Shown: positions 49,461 through 60,532, numbered from the stretch's first letter. The stretch: 64,000 nucleotides of DNA from Clostridia bacterium (GCA_045611765.1 JAZKXT010000011.1:38130-102129), one strand, 5' to 3'. Notes: a model not told the origin generated them from the letters alone. Numbers and translations are program-made.

Positions 49461-50288
49461 ATGGTTATGAAAACGGTTGTAATAACAGGAAGTGCTAGAG
49501 GACTAGGCTTTGAGATGGCTAAAGTATTTAGACAAAACAATGTTAATGTAATGTTAAGTGATTTAGACGAGCAAAAGTTAAAAGCCGCCAAGAGCAGATT
49601 GGAAAAAGTTGAAGGAAATGCTGGCATTGCATATGCTGTATGTGATGTAACAAAAGCAGAAGATATACAAAACTTAATAAAAGAAGCAAAAGAAAACTTC
49701 TTAAAGATAGACATATGGATAAATAATGCTGGTGTAAACCAACCAGAAAAACCTATTTGGGAGCTAACTGAACAGGAGATAAATACAGTTGTTGATGTAG
49801 ATTTAAAGGGTGCTATTTTAGGTTCTAAATATGCGCTATTAGATATGATGCAAGAACATGAAGGAGCTATATATAACATTGAGGGCTATGGAAGTAATGA
49901 TGCTAAAATGTTGGGATTATCCGTGTATGGAACAAGTAAAAGAGCTATAACATACTTTACACAAGCTCTAGCAAAAGAATCTCAAGAAAAAGATACTGGA
50001 GTTATAATAGGTAGACTTAGCCCTGGAATTATGATTACAGATTTTATAACAAATGCTTTAGGAGATAAGGAAAAAATAAGTTTATCTGAAAAAACTAAAA
50101 AAGTGTATAACATACTAGGAGATTATCCGGATGTAGTAGCCAAGTTCTTAGTAGAAGAAATGTTAACAAATGATACTAATGATATAAAGATAGAATGGCT
50201 TACTAGCAAGAAAGCTGCGTGGCGTTTTATGACAGCGGTGTTTAACAGAAGAGATTTCTTTAGTGAACCTAAGATGTTAGATAAATAA
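49461..50288 (+). CDS. Short-chain dehydrogenase/reductase
   Basis: TGSARGLG, NNAG, YGTSK. Confidence 0.92.
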   Translation: MVMKTVVITGSARGLGFEMAKVFRQNNVNVMLSDLDEQKLKAAKSRLEKVEGNAGIAYAVCDVTKAEDIQNLIKEAKENFLKIDIWINNAGVNQPEKPIWELTEQEINTVVDVDLKGAILGSKYALLDMMQEHEGAIYNIEGYGSNDAKMLGLSVYGTSKRAITYFTQALAKESQEKDTGVIIGRLSPGIMITDFITNALGDKEKISLSEKTKKVYNILGDYPDVVAKFLVEEMLTNDTNDIKIEWLTSKKAAWRFMTAVFNRRDFFSEPKMLDK

Positions 50289-50338
50289 ATTTAATAAATA
50301 TAATATATAGATGCAAATAGAATATAAGGAGCAAACAG

Positions 50339-50385
50339 ATGAAAACAAATAAAAAGGGATTAGTTTAATAGTAATTGTAATAACA
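50339..50385 (+). pseudogene. 5' fragment of an interrupted pilin-like gene (MKTNK-KGISLIVIVIT), 1 nt short in the A5G3 run
   Basis: RBS AAGGAG, ATG at 50339; ggg att agt tta ata gta att gta ata aca = GISLIVIVIT, matching the GVSLIVLIIT leaders of the intact paralogs. Confidence 0.8.
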
Positions 50386-51333
50386 GTAATAAGCACCTAT
50401 GATGAGGTAAATAAAATAGACAAAAATCCTCCCGAAAATAAAATAATATATGAGAATGAAGTAGTAGGTTGTAAAACTTACTACTTTTAATAATATAGTA
50501 GTCATGATATAATATATATGGTAGAAATTTATATTAGGAGGAAAATACTTTATGAAGATAGCAGTTTTTTCTGATATACACGGAAATTTACAAGCATTAG
50601 AAACAATAGTTCAAGATATTAAAAAAAACAACTTTGATGAAGTTATATGTTTAGGGGATATTATCGCTATGGGACCTAATCCTAAAGAGTGTATTGATTT
50701 GATAATTGAGAATAATTACAAAATGGTTTTGGGAAATCATGAATTGTATTATCTGAAAGGGACACAAATAGACGATGAAATGGGAGAAGGAGAAATACAA
50801 CACCAAAACTGGATTAAAGGACAATTAAAAGATGATTATATAGATTGCCTTAATAAATGCTCAATGAAAATAGAAATAACTAAAAATAATATAAAACTTT
50901 TATTTCAACATTTTTTAATTGATTATGATTCTAAAGATGAATATCCATTTGAGGATCTAAGTGTTGTTAAGGATGGTAGAATTAATAAGAAATTTGATAA
51001 AATTAACACAGATTATATGTTTATAGGCCATGAACATAAAAGTTTTGAAATTGAAATATATAATAAAAAATTAGTAGACATTGGGAGTAGTGGTTGTAGA
51101 AAAAATGACGAAACTTTCTATACTATTATTACAATTGAAAATGATGTTGTTAATATTGAAAAAAAATACTTGATTTATGACAGAGATAAATTTGTTTCAG
51201 CAATTAAGAATATAGAATACCCTGAAAGAAAAACAATTTCAAAAATATTTTTTGGAATAAATGATTTATAGAATATATAAAGAAATAAGAAATACAATAA
51301 AGTAATCCCTTGTCATAAGAACTTGTTAATACA
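50383..51333. mobile_element. 948-bp non-autonomous insert in a pilin gene, with serine-integrase-like attL/attR
   Basis: ACA core at 50383-50385 and 51331-51333; inner arms 50387-50407 and 51308-51328 form a 15/21 inverted repeat; removal rejoins IVIT|IIVMII in frame. Confidence 0.7.
50552..51271 (+). CDS. Calcineurin-like metallophosphoesterase (cargo of the insert)
   Basis: SDIHGN, LGD, GNHE, GHEH motifs. Confidence 0.92.
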   Translation: MKIAVFSDIHGNLQALETIVQDIKKNNFDEVICLGDIIAMGPNPKECIDLIIENNYKMVLGNHELYYLKGTQIDDEMGEGEIQHQNWIKGQLKDDYIDCLNKCSMKIEITKNNIKLLFQHFLIDYDSKDEYPFEDLSVVKDGRINKKFDKINTDYMFIGHEHKSFEIEIYNKKLVDIGSSGCRKNDETFYTIITIENDVVNIEKKYLIYDRDKFVSAIKNIEYPERKTISKIFFGINDL

Positions 51334-52518
51334 ATAATAGTAATGATAATAATAGCATCAACATTAGTTGTTTCAATGAACCTTACAAACATTATTGAAA
51401 AATCTGAGCAGGCGGTGCAAGGCTCGCGCTTGGCCTCGGCGAAAGTGACAATTGCGATGTATGCCCTATTAAATATACAACCACAAGATGTTGATGGCGT
51501 TGTAAAAAATGCTGTTGTAGACAATCAAAATAATATAATGGATGAAAGTTCATATAAGAATGTATTAGAGAAATCAGGCTTTAATTCTAACGATTACGTT
51601 ATTGTTGTTAATAAATGTGGATTTGTAGATAATATATTATTAAAAGAAGGCAAGTCATATATTGTTAAAAACACAACTCAAAATATATATTATGATAATA
51701 TGTTAGAGGCGCTAGAACAAGCAAATGCTAATGATATTATTGAAATTACAGGTGGAAAATTTGATTTTACAGAAAGTGGTTTAGTAATAGATAAGCCTTT
51801 AACAATAAAGGGAGTGAGCGCTAAGTCTAAACCGGTGTTTCTATTAGAAACGTCTGATGGTACAGGAGAACTTAATACAATAAAAAGTGGCATAATCATA
51901 AAGTCCGATAATGTTGTTTTAAGTAATTTGATTTTAAAAATATCAGAAGGATGTTTTTCTACAGGAAATCTGATATCAATACCATATAGGTCACAGTTAT
52001 ATACAGGAATTGTTTTAGATAATTGTGAATTTTATGGTTCTAATCACAGTGTACAAATTCATGCAAATAATATGAACATAAGAAATTGTATATTTATTGG
52101 TAGAGCTCAAAGAAAACACGGAATTTCTTTCTATTCTGCGCAGAACAGTAGCATATCAGGAAATATTATCATAAGAAATAATATATTCGAAGATATATAT
52201 AAGGGAATAGTTCATGAAAGCACAATTCCGTATTCTAATGTTAATGTAGAAATAAGTGGAAATATATTTGAAAATTATAAGAAAAAGGCAGTTTCTGTTG
52301 ATAATGGAGAATATCTTTCATATGTAGTTAAGGAAAATGTTTTTTCAATTCCAACGGGTGACACTGTAATAATAGATAACGGCGTGAATTTTCCTGTAGA
52401 TGCGAATGACAATTATTTTGGAGAAGAACAGCCGGTAAAATCCAATATATTTGAAGGAAACGTAAACGCAATATCATATTATATAGATGAGAGTAAAACA
52501 AGTAAGCAACAATGGTAA
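51331..52518 (+). CDS. 3' part of the interrupted pilin-like gene, with right-handed beta-helix domain
   Basis: Begins TIIVMIIIASTLVVSM (second half of the pilin helix); in-frame stop at 51316; no evident RBS; ALEQANANDIIEI..IDKPLTIKG and IxxNxF repeats. Confidence 0.8.
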   Translation, partial: TIIVMIIIASTLVVSMNLTNIIEKSEQAVQGSRLASAKVTIAMYALLNIQPQDVDGVVKNAVVDNQNNIMDESSYKNVLEKSGFNSNDYVIVVNKCGFVDNILLKEGKSYIVKNTTQNIYYDNMLEALEQANANDIIEITGGKFDFTESGLVIDKPLTIKGVSAKSKPVFLLETSDGTGELNTIKSGIIIKSDNVVLSNLILKISEGCFSTGNLISIPYRSQLYTGIVLDNCEFYGSNHSVQIHANNMNIRNCIFIGRAQRKHGISFYSAQNSSISGNIIIRNNIFEDIYKGIVHESTIPYSNVNVEISGNIFENYKKKAVSVDNGEYLSYVVKENVFSIPTGDTVIIDNGVNFPVDANDNYFGEEQPVKSNIFEGNVNAISYYIDESKTSKQQW

Positions 52519-52665
52519 GCGTTAGAAAAAGATATTATAAAAATAAATAGCTACAATAAAAACAAGGCAAAATATTCAGCTGCCTTGTTTTTCGTAGCCG
52601 AAAATGATAGAATCATAAAGTGACATCTGATTATATCATTAGAATTTCACAAGGAAGGAGTAAAA

Positions 52666-54618
52666 ATGTTTAAATTATATTCACAATTCCAACCAACAGG
52701 AGACCAACCTGAAGCGATAAAAGCTTTGGTAGAAGGAATAAAAAATGGAGATAAAGCACAAACATTACTTGGAGTAACGGGTAGCGGTAAAACATTCACT
52801 ATAGCAAATGTTATTAAAGAGGCAAATAAACCCACTATCATAATGGCGCATAATAAAACACTTGCAGGGCAGTTGTATTCGGAATTTAAAGAAATGTTCC
52901 CTGAAAACGCGGTTGAGTATTTTATTTCATATTATGACTACTTCCAACCAGAAGCATACATAGCTGCAACAGATACATATATAGAAAAAGACAGTAGCAT
53001 AAATGATGAAATAGATAGATTAAGACATTCTGCTACCGCAGCGGTGTTTGAAAGGAAAGATGTAATAATAGTTGCATCAGTATCCGCTATATATTCTTTA
53101 GGTTCGCCAGAAGAGTATAAAGACCATACATTATCCGTAAGACCAGGAATGAAAAAGACACGTGAAGAGGTAATGGAAAAGTTAGTTGAAATGCAATATA
53201 CAAGAAGTGATATGGAGTTTTTACGTGGTAACTTTAGAGTTAAAGGAGACATCATTGATGTATATGAAGTTGGTAACAATGAACATGCGTTAAGAATAGA
53301 GTTCTTTGGCGATGAAATAGAGAAACTTACATTTATTGAACCAGTAAGTGGAAAAACTATAGCAAGGATTGACCATGAACTTATATATCCAAAATCTCAT
53401 TATGTTACTTCTAAAGAAAAAGTAAATGCAGCTATATATAAAATAAAGAAAGAATTAGATGAAAGACTGGCAGAACTAAGAGCGCAGGATAAAGTAGTTG
53501 AGGCGTATCGTCTAGAACAACGTGTTAATTTTGATATTGAAATGCTACAAGAAACAGGATTTTGTCAAGGCATCGAAAACTATTCAGTATATATGTCAGA
53601 TAGAGAGCGTGGAAGCACACCATATTGTCTCTTTGATTTCCTAGGAGATGATTTCCTAACAGTGGTAGACGAATCACACGTAACAATTCCTCAAATAGGA
53701 GGTATGTATAATGGCGATAGAGCAAGAAAGGAATCTCTTGTTGCGCATGGATTTAGACTGCCATCAGCTATGGATAACAGACCGCTTAATTTTAAAGAAT
53801 GGGAAGATAGAACACCGCAAATTATATTTGTAAGTGCAACACCTGGTAAATATGAAGTGGAAAGGTCTACGCGTGTTGTAGAACAAATTATACGTCCAAC
53901 AGGTCTTGTTGACCCACAAATTATAGTAAAAGAAACAACAGGCCAAATAGAAGATTTAATACAAAATATAAATGAAAGAGTAGCTAAAAATGAAAGAGTA
54001 CTTGTTACAACTTTAACTAAAAAGATGGCAGAAGAGCTTACAAGTTATCTTGAAAACAAAGGTATAAAAGTAAGATATATGCATTCAGATATAAAAGCAT
54101 TAGATAGACTTGAAATAATACGTGAATTAAGACTAGGAAAATTTGATGTGCTAGTTGGAATAAACCTTTTAAGAGAGGGATTAGACATTCCAGAGGTATC
54201 TCTTGTAGCAATTTTGGATGCAGACAAAGAAGGATTTTTGAGAAGTGAACGTTCTTTGATACAAACAATAGGTAGAGCGGCAAGAAACGCATCAGGCCAA
54301 GTTATAATGTATGCGGATGAGCTTACTGATTCAATGAGGAGTGCTATAAAAGAAACAAATAGAAGAAGAAAGATACAGGAAGAATACAACAAAAAACATG
54401 GTATAGTTCCAAAGAGTATAGTAAAAGATGTTCGAGATAGCATTAAAGCTGTATTTACTGATGAACAAGCTTCTAAGATTGAAATAGATAAAGAGGAATC
54501 ATTAGATAAAACAATAGAAAGACTTACTGAAGAAATGTTTGCTTATGCAAAGGCGTATGAATTTGAAAAAGCAGCAGTTATTCGTGATTTAATACATGAG
54601 CTTAAAAATATAGAGTAA
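52666..54618 (+). CDS. uvrB: Excinuclease ABC subunit B
   Basis: [37 protein letters not shown]. Confidence 0.98.
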   Translation: MFKLYSQFQPTGDQPEAIKALVEGIKNGDKAQTLLGVTGSGKTFTIANVIKEANKPTIIMAHNKTLAGQLYSEFKEMFPENAVEYFISYYDYFQPEAYIAATDTYIEKDSSINDEIDRLRHSATAAVFERKDVIIVASVSAIYSLGSPEEYKDHTLSVRPGMKKTREEVMEKLVEMQYTRSDMEFLRGNFRVKGDIIDVYEVGNNEHALRIEFFGDEIEKLTFIEPVSGKTIARIDHELIYPKSHYVTSKEKVNAAIYKIKKELDERLAELRAQDKVVEAYRLEQRVNFDIEMLQETGFCQGIENYSVYMSDRERGSTPYCLFDFLGDDFLTVVDESHVTIPQIGGMYNGDRARKESLVAHGFRLPSAMDNRPLNFKEWEDRTPQIIFVSATPGKYEVERSTRVVEQIIRPTGLVDPQIIVKETTGQIEDLIQNINERVAKNERVLVTTLTKKMAEELTSYLENKGIKVRYMHSDIKALDRLEIIRELRLGKFDVLVGINLLREGLDIPEVSLVAILDADKEGFLRSERSLIQTIGRAARNASGQVIMYADELTDSMRSAIKETNRRRKIQEEYNKKHGIVPKSIVKDVRDSIKAVFTDEQASKIEIDKEESLDKTIERLTEEMFAYAKAYEFEKAAVIRDLIHELKNIE

Positions 54619-54702
54619 TAACACAAAATTTCCCACAAAATTCACTTGAATTACGTGGGAAATTATAATATAATGTCTATGACAATTGAAAGGAAGATTT
54701 AT

Positions 54703-55416
54703 ATGAAGAAAGAAAATAAAAAAGTAGAAAAAAAAGCAAAAGATAAAGTACAAAAGAAAGCAGTAAAGAATGTGGAAGAAAATTTAGTTGTAGCTGAAAC
54801 TAAAGAGGTTGTTAAGAACAAGAAAAAGGTAAATATACCTAATATATTAACAATTTTTAGAATAATACTAGTTCCTATATTTGTAGTTCTAATGGCATTA
54901 GACGGAACATGGGAATATATGAGATATGTTGCATTAGGGATATTTGTAATAGCATCAGTAACTGATTGGTTAGATGGCATTATTGCTAGAAAGAAAAATA
55001 TAGTTACAAGATTTGGAAAACTTATGGATCCACTTGCAGATAAAATTCTTGTAGCTGCTGGTTTTATAATGTTAACAGGATTAGATGTAATTCCTGCTTG
55101 GGTAACAGTTATTGTTGTAGTAAGAGATTTCTTACTTAACACATTAAGAATGTTTGGAACAGAAGCTGGTGAAACTATAGCAGCTGGAGTTTCAGGAAAG
55201 ATAAAAACAGCATTTCAAATGCTAACAATAGTACTTGGTATGTTAGATACAGCTGGTATGTTTGCATTTGCTTCAACAGGAGCAACAATGGAATTTGGTA
55301 CATTGTTACTAAATGTTGGATTTAGTATATCACTAGCTGTTGCAGTTATATTTACTTTATGGTCTTGCATAGAATATTTTGCAAAATACAGAAAATATAT
55401 AGATATAACAGAGTAG
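54703..55416 (+). CDS. pgsA: CDP-diacylglycerol--glycerol-3-phosphate 3-phosphatidyltransferase
   Basis: NIPNILT, TDWLDGIIARK...FGKLMDPLADK, GKIKT. Confidence 0.93.
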   Translation: MKKENKKVEKKAKDKVQKKAVKNVEENLVVAETKEVVKNKKKVNIPNILTIFRIILVPIFVVLMALDGTWEYMRYVALGIFVIASVTDWLDGIIARKKNIVTRFGKLMDPLADKILVAAGFIMLTGLDVIPAWVTVIVVVRDFLLNTLRMFGTEAGETIAAGVSGKIKTAFQMLTIVLGMLDTAGMFAFASTGATMEFGTLLLNVGFSISLAVAVIFTLWSCIEYFAKYRKYIDITE

Positions 55417-55435
55417 TTGATTTAAGGGGAAATAT

Positions 55436-57469
55436 ATGAATAATCAATTAAATCTTTTTGGAGAAATAGATAAAGATGATGTTGGGTTGGAGCAAGCTAA
55501 AAATGAACTGGCAACTCTAATAGAACAAATAAATTATCACTCGAATTTATATTATAATGAGGATGCTCCAGAAATTTCAGATTATGATTTTGATATGTTA
55601 ATGAAAAGATTAAAAGCATTGGAAGCAAAGTTTCCAATGCTTATAACTACGTCTTCACCAACGCAAAAAGTTGGTGGTAGTGCTAAAGAAAATATGGACA
55701 AAGTAGAACATTTGGTTCCAATGCAAAGCTTAAATGATGTATTTTCTTTTGAAGAAGTAGAAGATTTTGTTCGTAAAATAACAGAAGAATATGGGGAAAA
55801 TGTTGAATTTGTTGTTGAAACAAAAATAGACGGCTTATCTGTTTCGCTTGAATATGTAGATGGTCAATTACTGAAAGGTTCTACTAGAGGAAATGGACTT
55901 GTTGGAGAAGAAATAACACAAAACTTATTGATGCTAGATGAGATAAAAGAAAATCTTACATCTAATGATACTATAGAAGTAAGAGGAGAAGTATATTTAT
56001 CTCGTGAAAGATTTGAAAAGTTAAATGAAGAGCTAGAAAGAATGGGCAAACCATTAATGGCCAATTCTAGAAATGCAGCGGCAGGTACGCTTAGACAATT
56101 AAATCCTGAAATTGTAAAACAAAGAGGTCTTAGCATATTTGTGTTTAATGTTCAAAAGTCAGATAAGAAATTTACTAAACATAGTGAAACAATAGAATAT
56201 ATGAAGAGTATGGGAATATCTACAATAGCATATTCAAAAGTGGCGGTAGGCATAGAACAAGTAATCCAATATATTGAAGAGATAGGAATTCTAAGAGACT
56301 CTCTTCCTTATGATATAGACGGTGCTGTTGTAAAGATTAATGATTTGTCATTAAGAGAAACTTTGGGAACAACAACTAAAGTGCCCAAATGGGCCGTAGC
56401 ATATAAATATCCGCCCGAAGAAAAGGAAACAGTAGTTCAAAAAATAGCCCTTCAAGTTGGTAGAACTGGCCAGGTAACACCTCTTGCAATAGTTACACCT
56501 GTTAGAGTGGCTGGTTCAGTTATTTCAAAATGCACACTACACAATTTTGATTATATAAAAGAAAAAGATATTCGTGTTGGAGATACTGTAAAAATTAGAA
56601 AAGCAGGAGATGTTATACCTGAAATAGCAACAGTTGTTTTAAACAAAAGACTGGAAGGCAGCGCTAGGTATATTGCTCCAACAACATGTCCAATATGTGG
56701 CGAATTATTGGAAAAAGAAGACGGTCAAGTGGCTTTAAGGTGTACAAATAGCGAATGTGATGCGTTGAAATATAGGGCGATAACACATTTTGCTTCACGT
56801 GATGCAATGAACATAGAAGGCATGGGAGAAGCGGTAGTTGAACAATTAATTGATGCGGGATTTTTAAAAGATATTTCAGACATCTATTATTTAACATATG
56901 AACAAATAAGAAGTCTTGAAAATTTTGCCGATAAATCTGCAAACAATTTAATTGCTGCAATTAATAAAAGCAAGTCTAATAGTTTAGACATGTTAATATT
57001 TGGATTAGGAATAAGACATATTGGAAAGAAGGCGGCAAAAACTTTAGCTAAAAACATAGATAATATTCGCGACTTAGGACATATGAGTGTAGAAGAATTA
57101 ATGGTGTGGGAAGATGTTGGAGAGAAAATGGCAGAAAGCATTGCAGAATTTTTTAGCAAGGCTAAGACAAGCGACATAATAGAAAGATTAGATAATGCTG
57201 GAGTTAATTTGAATGGAATTAAAGAGGAATTATTGTCGAGCGTTCTAACTGGTATGACGATTGCTATAACCGGTTCATTTGAAGAAATTTCTAGAAATGA
57301 TTTATCTAAATTAATTGAACTTAACGGGGGTAAAACATCTAGTTCGGTTTCTAAGAAGACATCCTTTGTAATATATGGAGAGAATGCAGGCTCTAAACTG
57401 GAAAAAGCAAAGGAATTAAGCATTCCGATGTTAACATATAACGAGTTTAGGGGGGAATATGAGTTGTAA
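55436..57469 (+). CDS. ligA: NAD-dependent DNA ligase
   Basis: KIDG, EVRGE, DGAVVK, VGRTG, KAGDVIP, Zn finger, BRCT. Confidence 0.98.
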   Translation: MNNQLNLFGEIDKDDVGLEQAKNELATLIEQINYHSNLYYNEDAPEISDYDFDMLMKRLKALEAKFPMLITTSSPTQKVGGSAKENMDKVEHLVPMQSLNDVFSFEEVEDFVRKITEEYGENVEFVVETKIDGLSVSLEYVDGQLLKGSTRGNGLVGEEITQNLLMLDEIKENLTSNDTIEVRGEVYLSRERFEKLNEELERMGKPLMANSRNAAAGTLRQLNPEIVKQRGLSIFVFNVQKSDKKFTKHSETIEYMKSMGISTIAYSKVAVGIEQVIQYIEEIGILRDSLPYDIDGAVVKINDLSLRETLGTTTKVPKWAVAYKYPPEEKETVVQKIALQVGRTGQVTPLAIVTPVRVAGSVISKCTLHNFDYIKEKDIRVGDTVKIRKAGDVIPEIATVVLNKRLEGSARYIAPTTCPICGELLEKEDGQVALRCTNSECDALKYRAITHFASRDAMNIEGMGEAVVEQLIDAGFLKDISDIYYLTYEQIRSLENFADKSANNLIAAINKSKSNSLDMLIFGLGIRHIGKKAAKTLAKNIDNIRDLGHMSVEELMVWEDVGEKMAESIAEFFSKAKTSDIIERLDNAGVNLNGIKEELLSSVLTGMTIAITGSFEEISRNDLSKLIELNGGKTSSSVSKKTSFVIYGENAGSKLEKAKELSIPMLTYNEFRGEYEL

Positions 57470-57640
57470 GCAGTAGAACATGACAAACATGAAAAAGACA
57501 AATAAATATTGTTAAAAATTACTACTAGTAACTATATAAAATATATGGTATAATATACTTTGGATTGAAGTATATTATACTTTTTTATGTATATACACAT
57601 GTGAGTATAAACGTATATACATTTTATTTAGGGGGAACTT

Positions 57641-60463
57641 ATGCAAGATAAATTAGTTATAAAGGGAGCAAGAGAGAATAACTTAAAGAATATAGATTTA
57701 AAGATACCAAAAAATAGTCTTACTGTATTTACAGGACTTTCTGGTAGCGGAAAAACATCTCTTGCTTTTGATACCATATACGCTGAGGGACAAAGAAGAT
57801 ATGTTGAAAGTCTTTCCTCTTATGCAAGACAATTTCTAGGAATAATGGAAAAACCAGATGTAGATAGTATTGATGGACTTTCTCCAGCTATTTCTATAGA
57901 CCAAAAAACAACATCAAAAAATCCGCGTTCTACAGTTGGAACGGTTACTGAAATTTATGATTATTTAAGACTTCTGTATGCTAAAGTAGGTGTGCCGCAT
58001 TGTCCAAAATGTGGTAAGAGAATAGCTATGCAAACAGTAGACCAAATTGTAGATCAGATTATGGAACTAGAAGAAGGCACCAAAATTTTAGTTATGGCAC
58101 CGGTGGTTAGAGGCAAAAAAGGAGAACACACAAAAATATTGGACATGGCTATAAAAGAAGGATATATTAGAGCTAGAATTGATGGCAAAATTTATGATTT
58201 AGCAGAAGAATTGCCACAGTTAGAAAAAACTAAAAGCCATACAATAGAAATTGTTGTAGATAGATTAGTTGTATCTCAAAACATGCAAACAAGATTAGCC
58301 GACTCTGTAGAACTTTGTATGAAGCAAGCAAACAATCTTGTAATTATTAGTGTGGTAGATGGAGAAGAAATGTTATTTTCTGGCAACTATTCTTGCCCGG
58401 ATTGTGGGATAAGTATTGAAGAATTAACACCAAGAATGTTTTCATTCAATACACCTTATGGTGCTTGTCCTAATTGTACTGGTGTTGGTGAATTATTGAA
58501 GATAGACCCAGAGAGAATTATTTCTGATGAAAACAAAAAATTATCTGACCCATCACTGTTTCACGCGTGGGGAAGTCAAGGAGTAGATTCTGTAACGTTA
58601 ATGTATATGAGAGGATTATGCGAGTACTATGGCGTAGATATAGATACTTCTTTTAAGAAAGTGGCAAAAGAATTTAAAGATGTATTGTTATATGGCTCTA
58701 AAGGGGAAATAATTAAATTTAAACATGAATCAAGAACGTTTACTAGAGATTTTGAAGCGGAATTTGAAGGCGTTGTAAACATACTTGAGAGAAGATATAG
58801 GGAGACAAAATCTAATGGTATGAGAAGCTTTTATGAGTTATATATGAATACAATACCATGTAGAGAATGTAACGGAGCTAGACTTAAAGATGAAGTTTTG
58901 GCAGTAAAGGTTGGAAAATATAACATACATGAATTAACTTGCTTGCCTGTAAATGAAATAAAAGAATATATTAATAATTTACATCTAAGCCAAAAGAACC
59001 AGATGATAGCAGAACAAATTATTAAAGAACTGAATAATAGACTTGGTTTTTTAATAGATGTAGGCCTAGACTATTTAACGCTTGCACGTAGCGCGTCTAC
59101 ATTGTCTGGAGGAGAAGCCCAGAGAATAAGACTTGCCACTCAAATTGGTTCTGGCTTAACAGGAGTTCTGTATATACTAGACGAACCAAGTATAGGATTA
59201 CACCAAAGAGATAATGAGAAGTTATTGGCGTCTCTTAAAAAGATGAGAGATTTGGGAAACACATTAATAGTTGTAGAACACGATGAAGATACGATGAGAG
59301 AGGCAGACTATATAGTGGATATTGGACCTGGAGCTGGTGTACATGGTGGAGAAGTTGTATTTAGTGGTACTCCTGAAGAAATAATGAAGTGTACAAAAAG
59401 TGTTACAGGGAAATATCTAAGCGGAAAACTTAAGGTTGAAGTGCCCGAAGAAAGAAGAGATATTTCTGGAAATAAAATTAGCATAATAAAAGCAGAACAA
59501 AACAATCTAAAAAAGATAGATGTAGATATTCCACTTGGAACTATTACTTGTGTTACTGGAGTATCTGGTTCTGGCAAGAGCTCTTTAATAAATGAAGTGT
59601 TATATAAATATGTTGCTCAACAAATAAACAAGACTAAGGTAAATCCGGGTAAGGTTAAAGAAATTAAAGGTTTAGAACATATAGATAAGGTAATAAACAT
59701 TGACCAAACACCTATTGGAAGAACTCCAAGGTCAAATGCAGCAACATACACAGGTATGTTTGATCATATAAGAGAATTGTTTGCATCAACAAATGAAGCT
59801 AAACTTAGAGGATATAACAAAGGCAGATTTAGTTTTAATGTTCCTGGCGGTAGATGCGAGGCGTGCTCAGGCGATGGTATTATTAAAATAGAAATGCAAT
59901 TCTTATCTGATGTATTTGTGCCATGTGAAGTTTGTAAAGGAAAAAGATATAGCAGAGAAACTTTAGAGGTGAAATATAAAGGGAAAAACATAAGTGATGT
60001 GCTAGACATGACAGTTGAAGAAGCTTTAGAATTCTTTAAAAACGTGACACCAATAAAGAACAAATTACAAACACTTTATGACGTGGGCCTTGGCTATATA
60101 AAGATAGGACAACCTTCTACTACGTTGTCCGGTGGAGAGGCACAAAGAATAAAACTTGCCACAGAATTATCGCGTCGTTCAACTGGAAGAACATTATACA
60201 TATTAGATGAACCAAGTACAGGATTACACACAGCTGATGTACATAATTTAATAGGAATAATAAACAAACTTGTTGAAGGAGGAAATACTGCCGTAATTAT
60301 TGAACACAATTTGGATATTATTAAATCAGCAGACTATATAATAGATTTAGGACCTGAAGGTGGAAAACAAGGCGGGACAGTAGTAGTAACCGGTACACCA
60401 GAACAAGTTGCAAAGTGCAAAAACAGCTATACAGGTAAATTTTTGAAGCAGATGTTAAAATAG
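57641..60463 (+). CDS. uvrA: Excinuclease ABC subunit A
   Basis: Two ABC modules (GLSGSGKTS and GVSGSGKSS), LSGGEAQR twice, Zn fingers. Confidence 0.98.
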   Translation: MQDKLVIKGARENNLKNIDLKIPKNSLTVFTGLSGSGKTSLAFDTIYAEGQRRYVESLSSYARQFLGIMEKPDVDSIDGLSPAISIDQKTTSKNPRSTVGTVTEIYDYLRLLYAKVGVPHCPKCGKRIAMQTVDQIVDQIMELEEGTKILVMAPVVRGKKGEHTKILDMAIKEGYIRARIDGKIYDLAEELPQLEKTKSHTIEIVVDRLVVSQNMQTRLADSVELCMKQANNLVIISVVDGEEMLFSGNYSCPDCGISIEELTPRMFSFNTPYGACPNCTGVGELLKIDPERIISDENKKLSDPSLFHAWGSQGVDSVTLMYMRGLCEYYGVDIDTSFKKVAKEFKDVLLYGSKGEIIKFKHESRTFTRDFEAEFEGVVNILERRYRETKSNGMRSFYELYMNTIPCRECNGARLKDEVLAVKVGKYNIHELTCLPVNEIKEYINNLHLSQKNQMIAEQIIKELNNRLGFLIDVGLDYLTLARSASTLSGGEAQRIRLATQIGSGLTGVLYILDEPSIGLHQRDNEKLLASLKKMRDLGNTLIVVEHDEDTMREADYIVDIGPGAGVHGGEVVFSGTPEEIMKCTKSVTGKYLSGKLKVEVPEERRDISGNKISIIKAEQNNLKKIDVDIPLGTITCVTGVSGSGKSSLINEVLYKYVAQQINKTKVNPGKVKEIKGLEHIDKVINIDQTPIGRTPRSNAATYTGMFDHIRELFASTNEAKLRGYNKGRFSFNVPGGRCEACSGDGIIKIEMQFLSDVFVPCEVCKGKRYSRETLEVKYKGKNISDVLDMTVEEALEFFKNVTPIKNKLQTLYDVGLGYIKIGQPSTTLSGGEAQRIKLATELSRRSTGRTLYILDEPSTGLHTADVHNLIGIINKLVEGGNTAVIIEHNLDIIKSADYIIDLGPEGGKQGGTVVVTGTPEQVAKCKNSYTGKFLKQMLK

Positions 60464-60532
60464 AAAATAAATAAAAATTATTGTATACTGTGTTAAAATA
60501 TGTTAAAATATTAGTGTAGGGGAGGTTTTGTT

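Noticed and set aside
57470-57640. LexA/SOS box upstream of uvrA
   Set aside because: No convincing GAAC-N4-GTTC. The inverted repeat at 57548-57580 has no assignable function.
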